From Octopus vulgaris (Eukaryota): a stretch of DNA of 64,000 nt. The notes under the pieces are model-generated. The model saw nothing but the letters and a program-made list of their open reading frames with translations, was not told the origin of the DNA and searched no databases. The translations under genes were made by a program, and so were the position numbers. Positions 57,191 through 64,000 of this stretch are shown here, one piece after another. How positions within the stretch are numbered: position 1 is the stretch's first letter; every line of letters starts with the position of its first letter. The stretch is from contig OX597831.1 in NCBI GenBank assembly GCA_951406725.2, positions 77,934,001 through 77,998,000 of the forward strand, in the 5' to 3' direction.

Positions 57191-57221
<31 letters not shown>

Positions 57222-57362
57222 CCAAACGCCAGAACATAAGCGAGCAAGACAAATGAAAAGATACAAAATATAGGATTTTTCAATATGCTAGGCCATTGGT
57301 TTTAAATTGATATTAATCAAATTAATATCCAATTCTTCACCCTTATTATTTTAAATTTTAAG

Positions 57363-57424
<62 letters not shown>

Positions 57425-57484
57425 CTATATGATAGAGTCACTCTATTCTCGGTTCTCTTATTCAAGCTAACTGTTGGGAGAGAG

Positions 57485-57640
57485 AATATGTTGCACATTT
57501 TTTCAGAGTGTCCTACGTTTACTAGCATGCGCCCATTTACAGAATTAGTAATCAAATCTTCTGTAAAACTCCCTCCGCAATTTCTGCATTTGTTATCAAA
57601 TTGGCATTTTGGTAATGTATTCTGTGATGCCTTCTGACCT
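57485..57640 (-). pseudogene. Possible Ty3/Gypsy gag zinc-knuckle relic
   Basis: NKCRNCGGSF...VGHSEKMC resembles the CxxCG...C..C.K.GH...MC gag region; heavily degraded. Confidence 0.4.
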
Positions 57641-58416
57641 CGGTATGATGCTAAACTGCATCCAAAAGGGTATCCTGCAATTGGAGTTCCAAAGTTTTGA
57701 GCAGTATGGAACCATCTTTGACCATTATTGTCCTTAGGTCTATTCTGACCCGGAATAATAGCACATCTCTGTTTCCAAGCTATGGGTTAATTAGCATACT
57801 GGACACAGTAGAACCTGCGAAAGAAATCCATCATGGTTCACTGAAGGACAAGGCGTCTGCAGCAATGCACGATGGAGTGCAGAAAGCAAGATGCGACCAG
57901 TAAGACACTTGGTTCATCTGGTGCATCCGTCTCTATCCCCAGCTGTCTTGCCACTGGATTGGACACGGTTACGGACAAGAGAGCAAAGTTGACAGTGCGC
58001 AACTATTTTTTGTTACTTTAAACAATGTCACCATGTAAGTCATCTTGAAGGATGACTTGATGGTCTTCGTTACTCCGACGGACAAATATGCATATCTGAA
58101 AAGTTTAAAATGGTATTTTTATGAACGAAACGCCTTCATTCATAGTTCTGCCACAACACTATTCAACAGGGTAAAACTCCACCAGGATAACAACAGTAAT
58201 TTCTGGAATTGAAGCGAAAGCGCATTAACAGATTTATTGCGGCAATTTTAGCGATAAAGATTATTTGCAAAATGAAGTCACGTGATGCAGAGATTTGTTT
58301 AACAATTATCTTTTGCCCCCAAAAGAGTATTCAATGTCTGTGACGGAAACGGGCAAGTGATGTTTAGATTGGCTCTCCTGGTGGCAATAGCTGCAAGCGA
58401 ATGAATGAATAAATTA

Positions 58417-58477
<61 letters not shown>

Positions 58478-58697
58478 TGTGTTTGTGTGTGTGTGTAGAC
58501 GATAGGTGAGAACTAGTTATATTCAGTATAGAAAATACGTACAAGAGATTCAGAGAATTGAACTTAAAACTCCAAATACGTTATCCGGGAGTAGTTTTAA
58601 CGGCGTCTCCGGGCGAGCTGACCTGGAGATAGTAAAGCAAATACACACGAATAGGTTTGGTATAAAAATACATACACATATAGATACACATATAATT

Positions 58698-59274
<577 letters not shown>

Positions 59275-59275
<1 letters not shown>

Positions 59276-59395
59276 AAGTACTAGGCTTTAAAAATATAAC
59301 TCCTGGGATTGATTTGTTAGAGTAAAACCGTTCAAGGTGCTGCCCCAGCACGGCCGCAATCAAACGACTAAAACAAATAAAAGAACAAAAGAATA
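59275..59395 (+). mobile_element. SINE A 3' tail
   Basis: taagtactaggctt...ggtgctgccccagcacggccgcaatcaaacgactaaaac. Confidence 0.7.
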
Positions 59396-59611
59396 AACAC
59401 GAAGGTGTATGATGGAGGTTGTAACCTTAAAGTTAATTACTCAAGCAGGGAGAGCTATATATCGAATCACAGCCTACTATCATCATACATCATAGCCATG
59501 TTCAATCAGGCCTGGCCTAGGGTTAAACAAAAATAAAACCAACAACGACAAAACCAGTACACTTCTTGAAATGTATTCAATAAGTATGACATTCATTTTA
59601 TATATATATAC

Positions 59612-59850
59612 TCAAAATAAGCAACAAGTATATCCAAGGTAGAGTAGTACAATTGTTTCATGCTACTTCATTTTAGTAAACACTGTAAGTATTACATCAG
59701 TTTTAAAATGTCGAGCAATCTTCAGCCACATATAGAATAGAAGATTGCTCGACATTTTAAAACTGCTGTAATACTTACAGGGTTTAATAAAATGAAGTAG
59801 CATGAAACAATTGTACTACCTACTTTGGATATCCTTGTTGCTTATTTTGA
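59612..59850. repeat. Long inverted repeat, arms of about 112 bp, 16-bp spacer, within a (TA)n-bounded element extending to about 59950
   Basis: 59612-59723 versus reverse complement of 59740-59850, few mismatches. Confidence 0.92.
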
Positions 59851-59954
59851 TTATAATCACCCCATTTGATTTATATGGATAATACCATACAAAATTCTGG
59901 TGCCTATAACTTAAGTACCATATTCATCTGAATCTAAATTTTGCTGAACTATAT

Positions 59955-60022
<68 letters not shown>

Positions 60023-60925
60023 TATATCTGTCTGTATGTGTATTTGTGGATATATATCTCTTGCATTGTATTCTTTGTCTCTCTTTTTTCCTCTAGTCTT
60101 ACAATTACTCTGCATACTTGGCCCGTCACAAAAGCATTGAGATTAACCAAAAGTTTCAATCACCCCAGACGGTATTAATTAGATCAAAATGTTCTGATGA
60201 ATATATCGAACTTGGTCCCTCAGGCAAAATTAGAGCAGAAGGTTCAGAAAATTCAGAACACGGTAAGAATTAATTGCCCCTATCTTCTCACATGTTGTTA
60301 TTGATTGCTAGGTTTATTATGCCAATGGAAACCACATGCACTGGTCCTGTTTCACTTCTTTGTTATTATTCGTCTATTGGTTAGTTATTTTTGCCTAGAA
60401 CCTAATCGATTGCTTAGTTAATCAGACATACGTACACATACATACACACATAGGGCACAAACACACCGGGAACGCACACACGGGAAAGAATGGCCCCTCA
60501 CACACGTACGCGTGAAAACAAGATACTCTCTCTTTTTCTTTGCCGCCTCTTCTCATGTATAGCACCACTCAGATCCATCCCCATGGACATAAATATTAAA
60601 CTTGAAACTACAATGCACATAGATCAGAGGATAGTCTGGAGTAGAAAAAGGATATTGAAGGGGTCGGGAATGGCGACGGAGAGACCTCGACAAGCACATC
60701 GCTCTAATTGATTAACCGAATGGTCAAGCACACAATCAGATACTTGGTTAAAGAACTAATTGATGAGTAAAAATAAAGAAATAAAACAGAACTGTGCATA
60801 TACTCATCATTGGCATAGTGACAGTCTCTCTCTCTCTATCTCTGTCTCCCTCTCTATATACATGTGTGTGTGTATATATATATATATAAACTATCTGTCT
60901 GTCTGTCTCTCCAACTATCTATCTA

Positions 60926-60960
<35 letters not shown>

Positions 60961-61004
60961 GGCTATCTATCCATCCATCCATTCATCCATCCATCCATCT
61001 ATTC

Positions 61005-61038
<34 letters not shown>

Positions 61039-61765
61039 TTATCTGTCTGTCTGCCTGTCTGTCTATATATATATATCTATTTTACTGTCTATCTGATAAT
61101 TTATGTCTCCCATGCTAAGCGAATTCTTTACATTTGTATCTGTTTTCACTTTCATTCCAATGGCTATATATTTCCTATCTTTTTGTCGTTTTTTTCTTGT
61201 ATATTGTTTAAAGAATGGCAGGAATTCATATCAATGAAGTCCCACTCGAAGCTTACGTAACATGGCATCAAATAATGGCAAGACAGTTCCCTTATAATTT
61301 AAGATTTGGCACTAGACTATCAGAACATAATTCCTCAGAAAATTCCCTAAACAATCCCCCTCAAAGCTCATCAAATGCAGATGATGGAGAGTTGAGGAAT
61401 TCAGTGGCAGACGTCTGCAACACACACGCCGCGCCATTTTCCTTCATATCGTTCTCTTTCTTTATTATCCCTTTCTTGTTTCTTTCGTTCAACATGCTCG
61501 TACACAAGCACACGCGCATGCACGACTCGCATATGTATGTATCTGCATTAAAAACAGATAGTGAGAGAGTATATACGTTTAACGTTGAGGTGAATATATG
61601 TATAGACATATACACACATATGTATGTAAATATATTTGTAAATATCTCCATATGGAGGAAAAATAACAGTGAGATCTCTCTCATTCTTTCTTTCTCTCTC
61701 TCTCTCTTATATACATATATATATATATATATAAATTTACTTGGAGAAAAGAAAGGAAACGAAAC

Positions 61766-61807
<42 letters not shown>

Positions 61808-62556
61808 GTGTATATATATATATATGCGTGTATATATATATATGCGTATATATATATTTATATGAGTATATATATGTTTATATGCGTATATATATACACA
61901 TATATATGTATATATTCATATATATATACACGTATATATGTATATATATATACATATGCGCATATATGTATATATATACATACATATATGCGTGTGTATG
62001 TATATATATATATATATATGCGTATATATATATTTGCGTATATATGTGTGTGTATATGTATACATATGGGTATATATATATATATATATGCTTGCGTTCA
62101 GTGCTTCTTTTAATATTTCTGTTAAAATACGACAACATCGGTGTGTATGTGTTTTGTATCTTTATAGCAAGATTCCTCCATCAATAAAAGACTTACACCC
62201 ACCCCACTCACCCCCAGGCACACACCATGTTTTTCGTATTAAGTATGAACGCAATGTTGTGAATATTTAGTACAAATATTTGGTGTGTATGTATTTGATT
62301 ATGTATGCGTATATGTGTTTGTATGTATTTGTCGGTATATGTGTATGACCGCTAGTTGGCTTAAAACAGAATATATGAGCCATTAGAATTCCTCAGGTAT
62401 TGCTGGAACAAATAAATTATTTAGCAACGCCAATTATGTTAGCAGCGGTGGGAGGAGTAATTTAATGTATTTAGCGTGGTTGGGTTTGTGTCCTTGTATT
62501 TGCGTGTTTGCATGTATGTGTGTGTGCGTGTGTGTATGTGTGTGTGTGCGCATGTG

Positions 62557-62586
<30 letters not shown>

Positions 62587-62590
<4 letters not shown>

Positions 62591-62712
62591 CATAAGGGAC
62601 TAAAGCCATCTGAATATGGCTAGGGACAGGGCAGGGTGGTGGCAACAGTAACACCCCCACCACCCTGCCCTGTCCCTAGCCATATTCAGATGGCTTTAGT
62701 CCCTTATGTTAT
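62587..62712. repeat. Perfect inverted repeat, 56-bp arms, 14-bp spacer, in a (TA)n-bounded unit
   Basis: ataacataagggactaaagccatctgaatatggctagggacagggcagggtggtgg and its exact reverse complement. Confidence 0.95.
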
Positions 62713-62754
62713 CGAGCAGTTACTGTCTACATCTCTTTTAGAGAATTATTATTG

Positions 62755-62803
<49 letters not shown>

Positions 62804-62874
62804 ATAGGAAATTCCTAATAGCGATAATTATTAATGTTCGAGCACAAGTCCCATATGAAGTCAAGATTGCCTTA

Positions 62875-62956
<82 letters not shown>

Positions 62957-63458
62957 TATATATGTGTGTGTGTTTGTGTGTATATATGTGTATATATATA
63001 TATGTATGTGTATATATATGTATATATATATATGTATGTGTATATATGTATGTATATATATATATATGTCTATATCTATATGCATATATATATGTGTGTG
63101 TGTGAGACTGTATTTGTGTGTGTGTTAAATAAAATAAGACGAGAAATTTCTAGGAGATTTCTAAGGAGAAAGATTGTCATACAGCTGTTTCAGGGATATA
63201 AAGGATATCCCATCGTGTGAGATGATATGAGAAAATTATATAGAAGTTATTTCGGAAAGTGTGAGATGTTTTGGAAAGTGAGGGAAATATAAGAATAATA
63301 TGAATAAAAACAAAAATATGTTTGATTTTACAGTTGCAATTCTCGCAGGAGATTCTTCACTGATACTAATTTCGAACCGAAAGTCTAACTACGGTCCTTC
63401 CTTAACACTTACGTAACCCTACGTGTCATTTTGGCGCTTCTGGATACCAAAACCTATC

Positions 63459-63489
<31 letters not shown>

Positions 63490-63496
63490 TTATTTA

Positions 63497-63689
63497 TTAT
63501 TTAAAGCAGCAGAAATTCAACAAAACCTGTTACTCGGATTTTCACGTTTCCGTTTGTCACACAGGAACGTGAGACTCCGAGTAACAGGCTTTGTTGAATT
63601 TCTGCTGCTTTTAAATAAAGCATATTACTCTACCCCTGGTATTTGAGTACTCTTTTTTCCACCTTGTTTCGCATTTATGTGTTTACTCC

Positions 63690-63691
<2 letters not shown>
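63497..63691. mobile_element. Fold-back Penelope-like pLTR (P4): inverted arms of about 55 bp (63497-63618) with a decayed hammerhead, inside (TA)n
   Basis: Minus strand 63565-63526: cctgt GTGACAA acg gaaa cgt GAAA atc c gag TA acagg. Confidence 0.7.
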
Positions 63692-63753
<62 letters not shown>

Positions 63754-63788
63754 AATAGATATGTATATATACATATACAAACACACGC

Positions 63789-63820
<32 letters not shown>

Positions 63821-64000
63821 CATATACATATATATGTATATGTGAGTATTTATATATTTGTATATATGTATATATATATGTATATATATGTGTGTCTATA
63901 TATGTGTATATATACATGTATATATGTATATATACATACACACGCACAAGCATATATATATTTATATTTGTGTGTGTATAAGCAAAATTTATGCTTACAC

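Noticed and set aside
59700-59735. Hammerhead in the 112-bp fold-back (minus-strand CTGAAGA...AAAAC)
   Set aside because: Stems I and II and GAAA are not convincing in either arm
60192-60220. CTGATGA...GAA..GTC (also CTGAAGA at 37355 and CTGACGA at 8618)
   Set aside because: Missing GAAA or no pairing stems; expected by chance in 64 kb

Overview
Eukaryotic, AT-rich, microsatellite-saturated non-coding DNA. The repeat families look like those of an octopod cephalopod genome (inferred from recognising the SINEs, not verified). Almost every ORF in the supplied track is a translation of (TA)n, (CA)n, (GA)n, (TCTA)n, (AAT)n or (GAT)n and is not a gene. The window contains more than 30 copies or fragments of tRNA-derived SINEs, remnants of CR1/L2-, RTE- and Tx1-like LINEs, two mariner remnants, a hAT MITE, two Helitron/Helentron derivatives, a possible Gypsy gag relic and a Penelope-like GIY-YIG C-terminus. 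Two isolated 61-nt candidate exons on the + strand suggest the window may be intronic in a large gene. The most interesting signal is a set of short 150-350 bp elements, most embedded in or abutting (TA)n. They carry minimal type-I hammerhead-ribozyme-like motifs with non-canonical cores and covarying stems, and several related (TA)n-bounded units are fold-back (inverted) structures. This fits Penelope pLTR or retrozyme-like mobile RNAs that associate with (TA)n. Coordinates were counted by eye and repeat ends are approximate.
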